Source: Hemiscyllium ocellatum
Taxonomy: Eukaryota
Direction of reading: 5' to 3'
DNA: 64,000 nucleotides
Assembly (NCBI RefSeq): GCF_020745735.1
Contig: NW_026867487.1
Span: 3,162,001 to 3,226,000, forward strand
Part shown: piece after piece, positions 10,277-23,272 of the stretch
Layout of the letters: every line of letters begins with the position of its first letter
How positions within the stretch are numbered: position 1 is the stretch's first letter
Notes under the pieces: generated by a model
What the model was told of the DNA's origin: nothing
Databases searched by the model: none
Seen by the model: only the letters and a program-made list of their open reading frames with translations
Made by a program: the position numbers and the translations under genes

Positions 10277-13070
10277 TTAAATCTTTCCCCTCTCACCATA
10301 AACCTCTGCCCTCTAGTCTGGACTCTACTAACCCAGTGAAAATACCTTGTGTATTTACCCTGACCATGCCTCTGATGATTTTATAAACCTCTGTAAAATC
10401 ACCCCCTCACCATCCGACGCCACAGAAACAGCTCTAGCCTATTCAGTCACTCCCTATAGCTCAACTCTTCCCCAACGCTGGCAAAATCCTTGTAAATCTT
10501 TTTCTGAATCATTTCAAGTTTCACAGCATCCTTCTGATAAGAGGGAGACTAGAATTATACACAGTATTCAAACAGTGAGCTAACCAATGTCCCGTACAGC
10601 CACAACATGACCTGCCAACTCTTATACTCGATGCTCTGACCAATAAAGGAAAGCATGCCAAATGCCGTCTTCACTATCCTATCTACCTGTGACTCCATTT
10701 TCAAAGAACTAGGAACCTGCACTCCAAGATCTCTTTGTTCAGCATCATTTCCAGGAACCACTAAGTGTATAATTACTGTCCTGATTTGCCTTTCCAAAAT
10801 GCAGCACCTCATATGTATCTAAACTAAATTCAGTCTGCCAGTCCTCGGCTCATTTGCACATCTGATCAAGGTCCCATTGTACTCTGAGGTTATCTTCTTT
10901 GCTGTCTGCTACACCTTCAATTTTGGTATCAACTGCAAACTTACGAACGATACCTCTAATGTTCACATCCAAATCTTTTATACAAATGACAATAAACACT
11001 GGACGCAGAACCGATCCGTGTGGCACACCATTGGTCTCAGGTCTTTAGTCTGAAAAGCAACCCACCACCACCACCCTCTGTCTTCAACTTTCGAACCAGT
11101 TCTGTATCCGAATGGCTAGCTCTCCATGTATTCCAAGTTTTGTCACCTTGGTAACCAGTCTACCACGAGAAACCTGGATGAACGCCTTCTGTCGTCCATA
11201 TAGATAAGTCCATCACTCTGCCCCCATCAATGCTCTTCATTACTTCTTCAAAAAACTCAATCGTTAGTGAGACATGATTTCCCATACACCAAACCAAGTT
11301 GACTATCCCTAATCAGCCCTTACCTTTCCAAATACCTGTAAATCCTATCCTTCGGGATTCCCTCCAACAACTTCCCCACCACCAATGTCAGTCTCACTGG
11401 TGTTGAGTTTCCTGGATTTTCCTTACCACCTTTCTTAAAAAGTGGTCTCATTTTAGCCAACCTCCAGTCTTCTGGCGACTGTTGATGACATCAATATCTC
11501 AGCAAGGGGAAGAGTAATCACTTCCCGAGCTTCCCACAGAGTTCTAGGTTACAGCTGATCAGGTACTGTGGATTTATATTCCTCTCTGCATTTTAAGACA
11601 TCCAGCACCTCCTCCTCCTCTAATAATACGGGCATTTTCAAGATGTCACTATCTATCTTCCCATATTCTGTATCTTCCATACTCTGAGCTCATCTGCCTT
11701 CGCTGTGAGGCCTCTTGCATTGGAATAAATGCAGTTTAATTCATCAGTCCTAGCTCGTTCTCTGTTTTGTTCCTGCCTGCCCTGACTTTTTGACTTGCTC
11801 CTTTTCCCAACTGTACCAGTGTCAGACTGATCTCTTTCTTCACTATCTCGCTGGGTCCCACCGCAACGCCCCCACCTTATTAGTTAAAATCCGCCTGAGC
11901 AGCTTTAGTAAATCCCTCTACCAGTATATTCGAACCCTTCCAATTGAGGAACATTCGACCTTCTTATACAGGTCGCTCCAACCCAGAAGAGATTCTGATG
12001 ATTCAAAACTGTGAGCCCTTCTCCCCTGAACCAGTTCCACAACCGCGTATTCATCTGCTCTGTCATTCTATTTCTACCTCCACTAGCTCATCGCGCCAGG
12101 ACTAATCCAGAGATTACTACCCCTGGGGACCTCCTTTTCAAATTGCTGCCTAGCTTTCTATATTCTCCCTTCAGATTCCCACCCTTTCCCTTTCCTATAT
12201 CGTTAGTTGCAATGTGTACAACGACCTCCTGCTGGTCCCTCTCCGCTTTGAGATTATTCTTCACTCTCTCCGAGGTATCCTTGATCCTGGCAACAGGGAG
12301 GCAACACACCATTCTGATTTTTCGCTTCCGGCCTCAACAACGTCTGTCTTGCCTCTGACTCGAGAGTCCCCAACCACAATCGATTGCTTGGACGTGCCCT
12401 TCGTTACATTCGAGCCAACCTCGGTACCAGAAACTTGGCAGTTCGTGTTATATCCCCATGAGTATGCATCATACATTCCCCTCCTACATTTTCCAAAACA
12501 GCATATTTGTTTGAGATAGGGATAGGCATTAGATTCTTCTACTCTACCTGACCCACTCTCTTTTCTTTCCTGGATGAGACCCATCTACTTGATCGTACCT
12601 ATGATTTTTCTCTCCTACTTTAACTGACATCCATCACTTCCCCAGCTCCTTCACATTCCTCATTGCCTCTAACTGGGTCTCCAACAGATCCATGCGATCT
12701 GACATGACTTGCAACCAAAGGCATTGCCTGCAGACATAATCATCAGTAACATGGAACTCTCCCTAATCTCTAAAATCTGGTAGGAATAGCACATCACTCT
12801 GCTAAAGGCTGTCTTTGAACGTCAACAAACTATGGACCCAGAAAATAACACAGTCTTACTGCTCTAAATAAATACTGTTCCAGGCTAACATAGTTTATAT
12901 ATTTAAAAAAAAATCAAGAGACAGATATCAGTAAAACTTATGATCAGAAGAATAAATCTGCATTGTTGCAGATTTATGGTAAGCTTAAACTTAATTAAAA
13001 AAAACGATGCAATGCTGTGAGCTCTCCCACAGAACTTCCTCTGAGGTCAGCTGTGAATTCCGCCGTTTGT
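10277..13070 (-). mobile_element. Decayed CR1 LINE (RT fragments, ORF1 esterase, 5' region)
   Basis: KVESQVDRIVKTAFGMLSFIGQSIEYKS at 10555-10812; ORF1 SGNH-type IVVGDSRVRG...VVVHIATNDIG at 12088-12584. Confidence 0.85.
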
Positions 13071-16000
13071 TAATTTTTCTAAGACACACTCCGATTTCCA
13101 GAAATACTTGAACTCAAACAGCCAAAGGCAGTAGCTGTATGGATTCACTGCTGTGTCAGACAGCAGTGTAGGTTCCTTTCTTTGACCGTAATCGTCCCTG
13201 TCTTTGTCTCTTTTCCTCCCTTTCCAAAGTTCCGTTGTTTTGGTCTTTTCCCCCAAAGCTCCAAAGCATTGCCACATCTTTTAAAACAGGGATTACTGCT
13301 CCTGGAATTCGGGGAAATCAACTCCAACACATAAAATACTTTAAAAAAGGAACAACTCTTACAGCACCGTTTTCCCCATTCTCCATCTTGGATTAAGTTC
13401 AACTCACAGACAGGGATAAACTGCAGTCCTTGATACTCTCGACTCGCATGTCCAGCTGAAATCCATAAATTCACTGATGGCATTTGAATGGTTGTTTGGT
13501 CCTTTGCTTTGCGTTGTTCAACCGAGTATCATTCTGAGGAGCCTTTTCCACATTTCGCATGTCAGTTTCTCGGACCAACAATCTACAGTTTATCAAAAGG
13601 ACGTGTTTACTCAGTGTGAGTTTCAGCTGCCCATGTTGGCACACATGGACAGCTTTCAAAATGAAATGAAAATGATTGTTCAAGCGGAGTCGAAGTTAGA
13701 TTCTCTCCAATGGCGGGTTGGAATTCAAACATTGGAAAACGTGCATAATTTCTTGATTTGTCCTTGACAATTAACAAACCAGATATTCAACTGCACTGCT
13801 GGAGGTTGACGTGTGGAATCATTTCCTTTTGAACGCCACTAGCATAACACAAAATTAGTTCGCACTATTCCAGGGCGATGATTTGGTGGTGCCAGTGTTG
13901 GACAAAGTCAGGACTCACATGACACCAGGTTATTTTCCCAACAGGTCTGTTTGAAATCCCAATAACTTAATCTGATGTTAAAAAAAAAACTGCTCTGAAA
14001 GCGTGATTGCAATTAAACATTTTGGACCATAACCTGATGTTGTGTGACTTCTGAGTTTATTCCAGTCTGCAGAGAAATAAATTTGAGCAAACATACTTTA
14101 TGTTCCTCAACTTCAGAACATTGCCAGTATGTAACCAACCTGCAAGAGTGGTCTTTTTGCATTGCGGTAATGCCCCTGCCTTTGAGTGCTGCAGTACATG
14201 TTCAATTTCCCCATGCTGTCGAGGTATGTAAACAAAATTAAATAGGACGGACTAGAAAAGTTGTTTTCACCTGTTGGAAAGTCTAACATCAGACAGCGTC
14301 ATCTCTATATAGGAAGTCACACATTGAAGTTAGGGATGAGGAGTCATTTCTTCTTTCAGAGGAAAAATAATCTGTGGAAGTATTTATTACAGTCGCGATG
14401 CCAAATATTTTCAAGTGTGAGATAGATATGGGAATACTAGATATCCTGGGCTTGTGTTCTCTGGAGGTTACAACAGACAGACAGACATGATTGAATTGTA
14501 ACCTATATAATCCTAGTGAACTTGTTTGGGTGCGCTGACTTCATCATTTTTCTCCACACTGACCATCTCTGAAATCCCCACACTGGTCCTTCCATAATTT
14601 TCACACTGCCCAATTCGAATNNNNNNNNNNNNNNNNNNNNNNNNNNNNNNNNNNNNNNNNNNNNNNNNNNNNNNNNNNNNNNNNNNNNNNNNNNNNNNNN
14701 NNNNNNNNNNNNNNNNNNNNNNNNNNNNNNNNNNNNNNNNNNNNNNNNNNNNNNNNNNNNNNNNNNNNNNNNNNNNNNNNNNNNNNNNNNNNNNNNNNNN
14801 NNNNNNNNNNNNNNNNNNNNNNNNNNNNNNNNNNNNNNNNNNNNNNNNNNNNNNNNNNNNNNNNNNNNNNNNNNNNNNNNNNNNNNNNNNNNNNNNNNNN
14901 NNNNNNNNNNNNNNNNNNNNNNNNNNNNNNNNNNNNNNNNNNNNNNNNNNNNNNNNNNNNNNNNNNNNNNNNNNNNNNNNNNNNNNNNNNNNNNNNNNNN
15001 NNNNNNNNNNNNNNNNNNNNNNNNNNNNNNNNNNNNNNNNNNNNNNNNNNNNNNNNNNNNNNNNNNNNNNNNNNNNNNNNNNNNNNNNNNNNNNNNNNNN
15101 NNNNNNNNNNNNNNNNNNNNNNNNNNNNNNNNNNNNNNNNNNNNNNNNNNNNNNNNNNNNNNNNNNNNNNNNNNNNNNNNNNNNNNNNNNNNNNNNNNNN
15201 NNNNNNNNNNNNNNNNNNNNNNNNNNNNNNNNNNNNNNNNNNNNNNNATGTGAGTGTGTGGGTGTGTGTGTATGTGGGTGTGTGAGTGTATATGNNNNNN
15301 NNNNNNNNNNNNNNNNNNNNNNNNNNNNNNNNNNNNNNNNNNNNNNNNNNNNNNNNNNNNNNNNNNNNNNNNNNNNNNNNNNNNNNNNNNNNNNNNNNNN
15401 NNNNNNNNNNNNNNNNNNNNNNNNNNNNNNNNNNNNNNNNNNNNNNNNNNNNNNNNNNNNNNNNNNNNNNNNNNNNNNNNNNNNNNNATGCTGCTGTGCT
15501 TCCTCTGACTTCTTCCCTGGCGATTTTTGTGATGCCAGTTGTAGTAACTTCAGGTCACCAACAGTGGCTGTCATTGTATCGCTTTCAACACAGATTGAAT
15601 TGCAGCACTGAGAGGCTTTGACACTTTTGAATTCAGTTAAAGTCTTGACAATTATCTCCCATTGCTTCCAGTGAAATGCTCACACGTGGACTCATGCACA
15701 ACCACGCAAGCACGTGTATGTAGATACACGTATAAGCAAACACACGCACACACACAAACTGAGGTATTTGGAGCCGAAGATAGCTCCTGCAACATTATTC
15801 AGATATGCAGTAGGTTCTATTCTGTGAGGCGTTTGTGTTGAGTAAGGGAGGAAGACACCTGTAGAAGGGAGGAAAGAAGGTGATACTGAGCTCAGTGAAG
15901 AATGCTGAGGTGAACTAACGGACGGCGAATGTAATAATCTTGAGCTGGAGACAAACAGCAATTGACGACCGTAATAAAGGAGAATATGGTGACATCAGAG

Positions 16001-17220
16001 ATACTGTTAGATAAGGTTAAGATGGAGTCCAATGATGTGCAAGGTGGGATCGTAATTTGAGAGGTGGCAGTTCGTGGGGCTGCAAGGACCATCGGTTGAT
16101 TGGAAATCTTGGTGGCCATGTGGGCAATTTGGCCGCCCCATTGATTGTCTTAAAAACAAAAAAACAAGTTGTCAGTTCAGGAAGTTGGACAAAAAAAAAG
16201 CAGAGTCTTGAGGATGAAGGATGCAGTAACGCGAATCTGTAATCCACGCACTGACCACGTCTGTTTTCACCACACTGACCCCTATATAATCTTCAGACAC
16301 GCCATCTCTAATTCCCACATTTAACCCGTGTGTGTGTGTGTTGATGCTGCCGTCATATTGAATTTAGTTGGCTGCCATTGCTCTTCCTTTGTGACTGATT
16401 TCCTGGATATTTTTGCTCTGCGCAAGTGTGGTAACTTCAGATCTCCAGAAGAGGAGGACACTGTATCAATTCAATACAAGGTGACTTCCAAAAAAGAGAG
16501 GATTTGGACATTTCCCACTCTCTCTCTCTGTCTCTCTCTGTCTCTCTCTCTGTCTGTCTCTCTCTCTCTTTGTCTGTCTCTCTCTCCCTATGGATCCACC
16601 TCTGAGGGTGCTGGCACCGAAGATAGCTTCTGTATTATCAGTCAGATGTGCAATGGGTCCTGTTTTATGAGGACTCTGTGTTCAGTGAGTCAGAAAATGC
16701 TGGGAGGAAGGAAGGTAAGACTAAGCTCAGTGGCGAATGTTGAGAAGAACGATCAGAGAGGCAAAGATAATTTTGAGCCCAAGGCCAGGGAAACACCAAT
16801 AGAGGAACAGAATAAAGGAGAATCTGGTGAAAGTGATATCAGATGTTGCGATTGAGTTGAGTGATGGAATAGTACGAGTGTAATTGAGTGGTGACAATTT
16901 GTGGACTCCGTGAAGTGGCGGAAATCTCAGAGTCATGTAGGCAAATTTAGGGGGCGCCTTTAGTGGCAAAGAGCAGGAAATGGCGTCAATTAAAGAAGTT
17001 GGACAGAAAACGAAGACATAATTCCAAGAAAAATATACGATGGATCTGGGGAATTGATTATCGTGGATTGAGGACAATCTATCTGCAATCTCAGTTCTCC
17101 ATTTTAAGTGCAGTGGCTGCATCCCGGCTCTGGATGTGTCAAATCAAAGAGTCAGCACTTTTCCTCCTACGCTCTGCGCATCCCTGCCCACACGTGGCAG
17201 AGAGGTTACGACATCCAGAG

Positions 17221-17275
17221 ACACGCCAGCAGTTTAATGAGGGCGGGGTTTATGGAATGGGTGTCTTCAAATATC
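17221..17275 (+). promoter_or_regulatory. Conserved V promoter block (CRE-like ACACGTCA variant, GC box, TGGGTGTCTTCAAATA)
   Basis: Homologous blocks precede every plus-strand leader (22691-22742, 28454-28506, 36331-36364 and their duplicates). Confidence 0.55.
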
Positions 17276-17306
17276 TGAATGCCCTGACACACAGAGGAAA
17301 TCGATA

Positions 17307-17750
17307 ATGCGCCTCCTCAGCATCTGGGTTGTGTGCGGAACAATTCTAACCGGTAAGTGTGGAGGAAATGCAATTCTTCAACAAATCATGGTGTAAGCAG
17401 CGCAGTGTAACACTTTACATATGATGCCTATGTTCCCTTTCAGAGAGGACTCTTGGAGATTCTGTCACTCAGTCACCCTCCTCAGTTGTTCATACAGATG
17501 GAAGAATGGTGTCTCTAAGCTGCACCTGTGACACTTCATGGAGCAGCTATACATTATACTGGTACCGACAGCACCCAGGCACACAGCCCGAATATATACT
17601 CTTGAAAACTACTGGTGGTGTTACGGATAAAGCAGATTTTGCTCAAAGTCGCTTCTCTGCAGGGTTTCAGACCGGGGGAAAATCCATCAGTCTGACGATC
17701 ACCAGACTAGAGCTGACTGACACAGCCATGTATTACTGTGCTTTAAGGGG
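17307..17750 (+). CDS. TCR delta/alpha V segment A (leader 17307-17352, V exon 17444-17750)
   Basis: MRLLSIWVVCGTILT|gtaagt...tttcag|ERTLGDSVTQSPSSVVHTDGRMVSLSCTCDTSWSSYTLYWYRQHPGTQPEYILLKTTGGVTDKADFAQSRFSAGFQTGGKSISLTITRLELTDTAMYYCALRG; open frame. Confidence 0.93.
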
Positions 17751-17789
17751 CACAGTGATGATAAACAGCATCTTCCCCTTACAAGAACT
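17751..17789 (+). promoter_or_regulatory. 23-RSS of V-A
   Basis: CACAGTG + 23 nt + ACAAGAACT. Confidence 0.93.
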
Positions 17790-18389
17790 GCCTTGAGATC
17801 ATAAGTTTATTTATTGGGTCCTTTGCCGAGTCTTGGGAGGTTACTATGCGCTTTCAGGAGCTGAGATAGACACCGAGAGGAAACCAAACTTGCCACGCAT
17901 GAAACTGTCATCCAACTGTTTCTAGGAGTTGTTGGGAGAATGAAATGAAGGCACCAAGCATGTGCACAGACACAAAACAGAATCCTGTGAGAGCGCAACG
18001 TGCTAATCTCCACCACCAACAATTTGCTGTCCTGTGAGTTGTAGACAGTGAGCTGGGAGACAGAGCTGGCTTTTGAGCAAGTGTTATATTGTTACCTTAT
18101 TGAGAACATTTGGCGCTGTCAGCTTCTAACTCTCTTAAAAGTGCAGTACACCCACATCTTAAAACAGCCATCCAGGCACTGACCATGTCTGCTTTCTCTC
18201 ATTGCAATCCCCATACTTATCGCTCTGTAATCTGCATGCTGGCTAACTTTTTAGGGGAGGCGATGGTCTCATGGTATTTTCGCTGGATTATTGACGCAGG
18301 TAACCAGGTAATGTTCATGGGAATTGGGTTTGAAGTACTGTTAAGGAAGATAGTGAAATCTGAATGCAACTGAAAATACAGTACTCTGC

Positions 18390-20590
18390 ATACTCGCATG
18401 GGTTTCTCAAGGGCAGGAATGGTTGCTGGATATTCCTGGGTTTAGAGTACTTAAAAAGAATAGGGAAGGGAGAAAAGAGGAGTGGATGTAGCACTACTAA
18501 TCAGAGAGGGTATCACAGCTACAGAAGCTTCGATTGTCGAGAAAGATCTGCCTACCGAGTCAGTGTGGGTGGAACTTAGAAACAGCAAGGGAGCAGTCAT
18601 CACGTTAGGGGTTTACTACAGGCCCCCCAAATAGCAGCAGGGAGATGGAAGATAGCATAGGTCGGCAGATTTTGGAAACGTGTGGACGTAGTAGGGTTGT
18701 TGTATTGGGTGACTCAGCTCTCGGGGATTACAGTCAGGTGAGGAAGGTGCGCAAAAATGATCTGAGGAGAGCCAGGAGGGGGCACGAGAAAGGCTAGCAG
18801 AACGGATTAGGGAGAACACAAAGGCATTTTACACTTATGTGAGGAATAAGAGAATGGTCAAAGAAAGATTAGGGCCGATCAGTGATAGCATAGGGAACTT
18901 GTGTGTTGAGTCTGAGGAGGTAGGGGAAGCCCCAAATGAGTTTTTTTGCTTCTGTCTTTACGAATGAAACGAAGTTTGTAGGGAATAAAACCTTTGAAGA
19001 GCAGGTGTGCATGCTGGAATGGATAGAGAGAGAGGAAGCTGATGTGCTGAAAATTTTGTCAAACATTAAGTTTGACAAGTCCAAAGGTCCGGACCAGATT
19101 TGCCCTTGGCTGCTTTGGGAAACGAGAAATGCAATTGCTTCGCCAATTATGAGGATCTTTGGTTCGTCGCTCTCCACTGGAGTCGTACCTGAGGACTGGA
19201 GGGAGGCAAATGTAATTCCTCTCTTCAAGAAAAGAAATAGGGAAATCCCCGGCAATTACAGACCAGTAAGTCTCACGTCTGTCAACTCCAAGGTGTTAGA
19301 AAGGATTCCTGGGGATAGGATTTATGGCCATCTGGAAGAGCATGGCTTGATTAAATGCAGTCAACACGGCTTTGTGAGGGGCAGGCCATGCCTCACAAAA
19401 CTTATCGTGTTCTTTGAGGATATGACTAGAAAAGTTGATGAGGGTCGAGCTGTGGATGTAGTGTATATGGGCTTCAGCAAGGCATTTGGTAAGGTTCCCC
19501 ATGGTAGGCTCATTCAGAAGATCAGGAGGAATGGGATACAGGGGAACTTAGCTGTCTGGATACAGAATTGGCTGGCCAACAAAAGACAGCGAGTGGTAGT
19601 AGAAGGAAAATATTCTGCCTGGAAGTCAGTGGTAAGTTGTCTTCCACAGGGCTCTGTCATGGGCCTCTACTGTTTGTAATTTTTATTAATGACTTGGATG
19701 AGGGGATTGAAGGGTGGGTCAGCAAGTTTGCTGACGACACAAAGGTTGGAGGTGTCGTTGACAGTATAAAGGACTATTGTAGGCTGCAGCGGGACATTGA
19801 CAGGATGCAGAGGTGGGCTGAGAGATGGCAGATGCGGTTCAACCTGGATAAATGCGAGGTGATGCATTTTGGAATGCCGAATTTGAAAGCTGAGCACAGG
19901 ATTAAGAATAGGATTCTTGACAGTGTGGAGGAATAGAGAGATCTTGGTGTGCAGGTACATAGATCCTTTAAATGGCCACCCAAGTGGACAGGGTTGTTTA
20001 GAAAACATATGGTGTTTTGGCTTTCATTAACAGGGGGATTGAGTTTAAGAGTCGTGAGATCTTGTTGCAGCTCTATAAAACTTTGGTTGGACCGCACTTG
20101 GAAGACTGCATCCAGTTCTGGTCGCCCTATTATAGGAAAGATGTGGATGCTTTGGAGAGGGTTCAGAGGAGGTTTACCAGGACTGCAGCCTGGACTGGAG
20201 AGCTTACCTGATGAAGAGAGGTTGACTGAGCTCGGACATTTTTCATTGGAGAAAAGGAGGAGGAGAGGGGACCTAATTGAGGTATACAAGATAATGAGAG
20301 GCATAGATAGAGTCGATAGCCAGAGACTATTTCCCAGGGCAGAAATGGCTAACGCGATGGGTCATAGTTTTAAACTGTTTGGAGGAAAGTATAGAGGGAA
20401 TGTTAGAGGCGGGTTCTTTACACAGAGAGTTGTGAGAGCATGGAATGCGTTGCCAGCAGCAGTTGTGGAAGCAAGGTCATTGGGGACATTTAAGAGACCT
20501 CTGGACATGCATATGGTCACAGAAATGTGAGGGTGTATACATGAGGATCAGTGCTCGGCACAACAAGCTGAAGGGCCTGTTCTGTGCTGT
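18390..20590 (+). mobile_element. CR1 LINE, internally deleted and frameshifted ORF2
   Basis: [39 protein letters not shown] motifs and CR1 3' tail. Confidence 0.9.
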
Positions 20591-21082
20591 ATTGTTCTTT
20601 GGGCAGTTCCAGGCAGTAAATGCTGCCTTCACAGCGATGCCAATCATCCAATCAATCAAGAAACACCTCCCACTCAATGAGTGTTGATGCGCCTGTCAGA
20701 TCGGAGGCTGCTGTCTGCTGCTGCTCTCTGTCTGACTGATACCCTGGCGATTTTCACAATTCACAGTTGTAGTAGCTTCAGGCCACCAGCAGAGATTGAC
20801 GTTTTATCACTTAAAACATCGAATCGAGTGCAACTGCAGAGGAGTGAAATGATTAAAATTCATAACGTGGAAATATATCGCCCATTACACAGAGAAAAGC
20901 ACGTGCGCGCATGTGTGCATATACACACACACACACACGCACACACACACACACACGAACACAGATGCTAAGGTTGCTTAAGGATATTATGTTATTGTAA
21001 TGTTATTCAGATATACAGCAGATCATATTCGGTGAGGCTTCTGTGTTCAGTGAGTCAAAAAAAAAACACCAGCAAGGAAGAA

Positions 21083-21895
21083 GTCATAGAGTCATAGAGA
21101 CGTACAGCATGGAAACAGACCCTTCGGTCCAAGCTGTCCAGATATCCCAGTCCAATCTAGTCCCACCTACCAGCACCCGGCCTATATCCCTCCAAACCTT
21201 TCCTATTCATATTCCCATCCAAATGCCTCTTAAATGTTGCAATTGTACCAGCCTCCACCACATCCTGTGGCAGCTCATTCCATACACGTACTATCCTCTG
21301 CGTGAAAAAGTTGCCCCTTAGGTCTCTTTTATATCTTTCCCTTCTCACCCTAAACCTGTACCCTCTAGTTCTGGACTCCCCGATCCCAGGGAAAATACAT
21401 TGCCTATTTATCCTATCCATGGCCTCATAATTTTGTAAACATCTATACAGTCAACCCTCAGCCTCCGACGTTCCAGGGAAAACAGCCCCAGCCTGTTCAG
21501 CCTCTCCCTATATCTCAAATACTCCAACCCTGGCAACATCCTTGTAAACATTTTCTGAACTCTTTCAAGTTTCACAACATCTTTCTGATAGAAAGGAGAC
21601 CAGAACTGCACGCAATATTCCAACAGTGGCCTAACCAATGTCCTGTGTAGCCGCAACATGACTTCCCAACTCCTGTACTCAATACTCTGACCAATAAAGG
21701 AAAGCATGCCAAACGCATTCTTCACTATCCTATTTAGCTGCGACTCCACTTTCAAGGAACTATGAACCTACACTCCGAGGTCTCCCTCGGACCTTATCAT
21801 TAAGTGTATAAGTCCTGCTATGATTTGCTTTCCCAAATTGCAGCACGTTGCATTTATCTGAATTAAACTCCCATCTGCCACTTCTCAGGAGGGGG
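21083..21895 (-). mobile_element. CR1 3' fragment
   Basis: LVRPLLEYCVQFWSP...LERVQKMFTRMLPG; (CATAGAGT) tail. Confidence 0.88.
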
Positions 21896-22776
21896 GTCGT
21901 GAGGGGGGGGGTGTGTTGTCGGGTGGGGATGGTGGCGCAGAGAGATTGAGGAGACAAAGAAAGAGGGCAGTGGAAGAAAGATAGATGACAGACAGAGGNN
22001 NNNNNNNNNNNNNNNNNNNNNNNNNNNNNNNNNNNNNNNNNNNNNNNNNNNNNNNNNNNNNNNNNNNNNNNNNNNNNNNNNNNNNNNNNNNNNNNNNNNN
22101 NNNNNNNNNNNNNNNNNNNNNNNNNNNNNNNNNNNNNNNNNNNNNNNNNNNNNNNNNNNNNNNNNNNNNNNNNNNNNNNNNNNNNNNNNNNNNNNNNNNN
22201 NNNNNNNNNNNNNNNNNNNNNNNNNNNNNNNGACAGAGAAAAAAACCCAGCTATGTAGGAGAATCGTATAAAAGCGATATCAAAGATAATGCTGGGTAAG
22301 TGTGAGATTGAGTCCAGTGATGTGGAAGGTAGGATTGTAATTTGAGAGGGGACCGTTGTGGGGCTGTAAGGAGAATGCGTGATGTGGAATTGTCGGTGTG
22401 GGCGGTGTGGATAACTTTGGCATAATCCTAAACTGCTTATTTACAAATATGGCTTCAGTTGAGGAATTTTGGCAGAAAAAGAGCAGAGTCTTGAAAGTAA
22501 ATGGTACAGTGAATCTGAGGAATTGCTTATGATGAATGTCGGCCAGTCGATCAGAATTTTCAGTCCTCCACTTTAATTGCAGCGACTGCAACCCAGATCG
22601 GTATGTGTTAGTGCACTGAGATTCTGCTCTGTTCCTCCTGCATGCAAAGCATCACTGCCCCCAGAAGACCGTGCGGTGGGAAGCTCCAAAGACACGTCAG
22701 CAGTTTACAGGAAGCCAGGTATTTGAATGGCTGTCATCAAATGTTTGAGTGTCCTGTTACACAGAGGACAGTGAAA

Positions 22777-23233
22777 ATGAAGTTATTCAGCATCTGGATT
22801 GTGTGGGGGCCAATTCTAGCAGGTAGATGTGGAGGAAATTCAATTTCTACCACTCTTTCAAATCACAGTTTAAACCGAGGGCATCCCGATAATTTAGAAC
22901 TGATGCTTTTTTTTTCCTTTTCAGACCTGAGTCAAGGAGATTCTGTCATTCAGTCACTCTTCTCGGATGTTCGGGCAGAAGGAGAGGCAGTTATTCTTAA
23001 CTGTACCTATGAAAGTACATCCAGCTACTCCGTATTATCCTGGCACCGACAGCGCCCAGACACACAGCCTGAGTACATACTCTGGCAAAGAAATGCTGGG
23101 TATGGAGGCGAAGCTGGTCTTGCTAAAGGTCGCTTCTCTGTCGAACTTCAGCCTGAGAGGAAATTCACCAGTTTGACTATTTCTGGGCTACAGCTGACTG
23201 ACACTGCTGTTTATTACTGCGCCTTCAGGACCT
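22777..23233 (+). CDS. TCR delta/alpha V segment B (leader 22777-22822, V exon 22925-23233)
   Basis: MKLFSIWIVWGPILA|gtagat...ttcag|DLSQGDSVIQSLFSDVRAEGEAVILNCTYESTSSYSVLSWHRQRPDTQPEYILWQRNAGYGGEAGLAKGRFSVELQPERKFTSLTISGLQLTDTAVYYCAFRT. Confidence 0.93.
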
Positions 23234-23272
23234 CACAGTGATGATAAACAACCTCGCTTCTGTACAAGAACC
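23234..23272 (+). promoter_or_regulatory. 23-RSS of V-B
   Basis: CACAGTG + 23 nt + ACAAGAACC. Confidence 0.93.

Noticed and set aside
16945-16970. CTCF site (AGGGGGCGC..TAGTGGCA)
   Set aside because: Only half of the consensus matches, it is altered in copy 2, and I did not see it before the other Vs.
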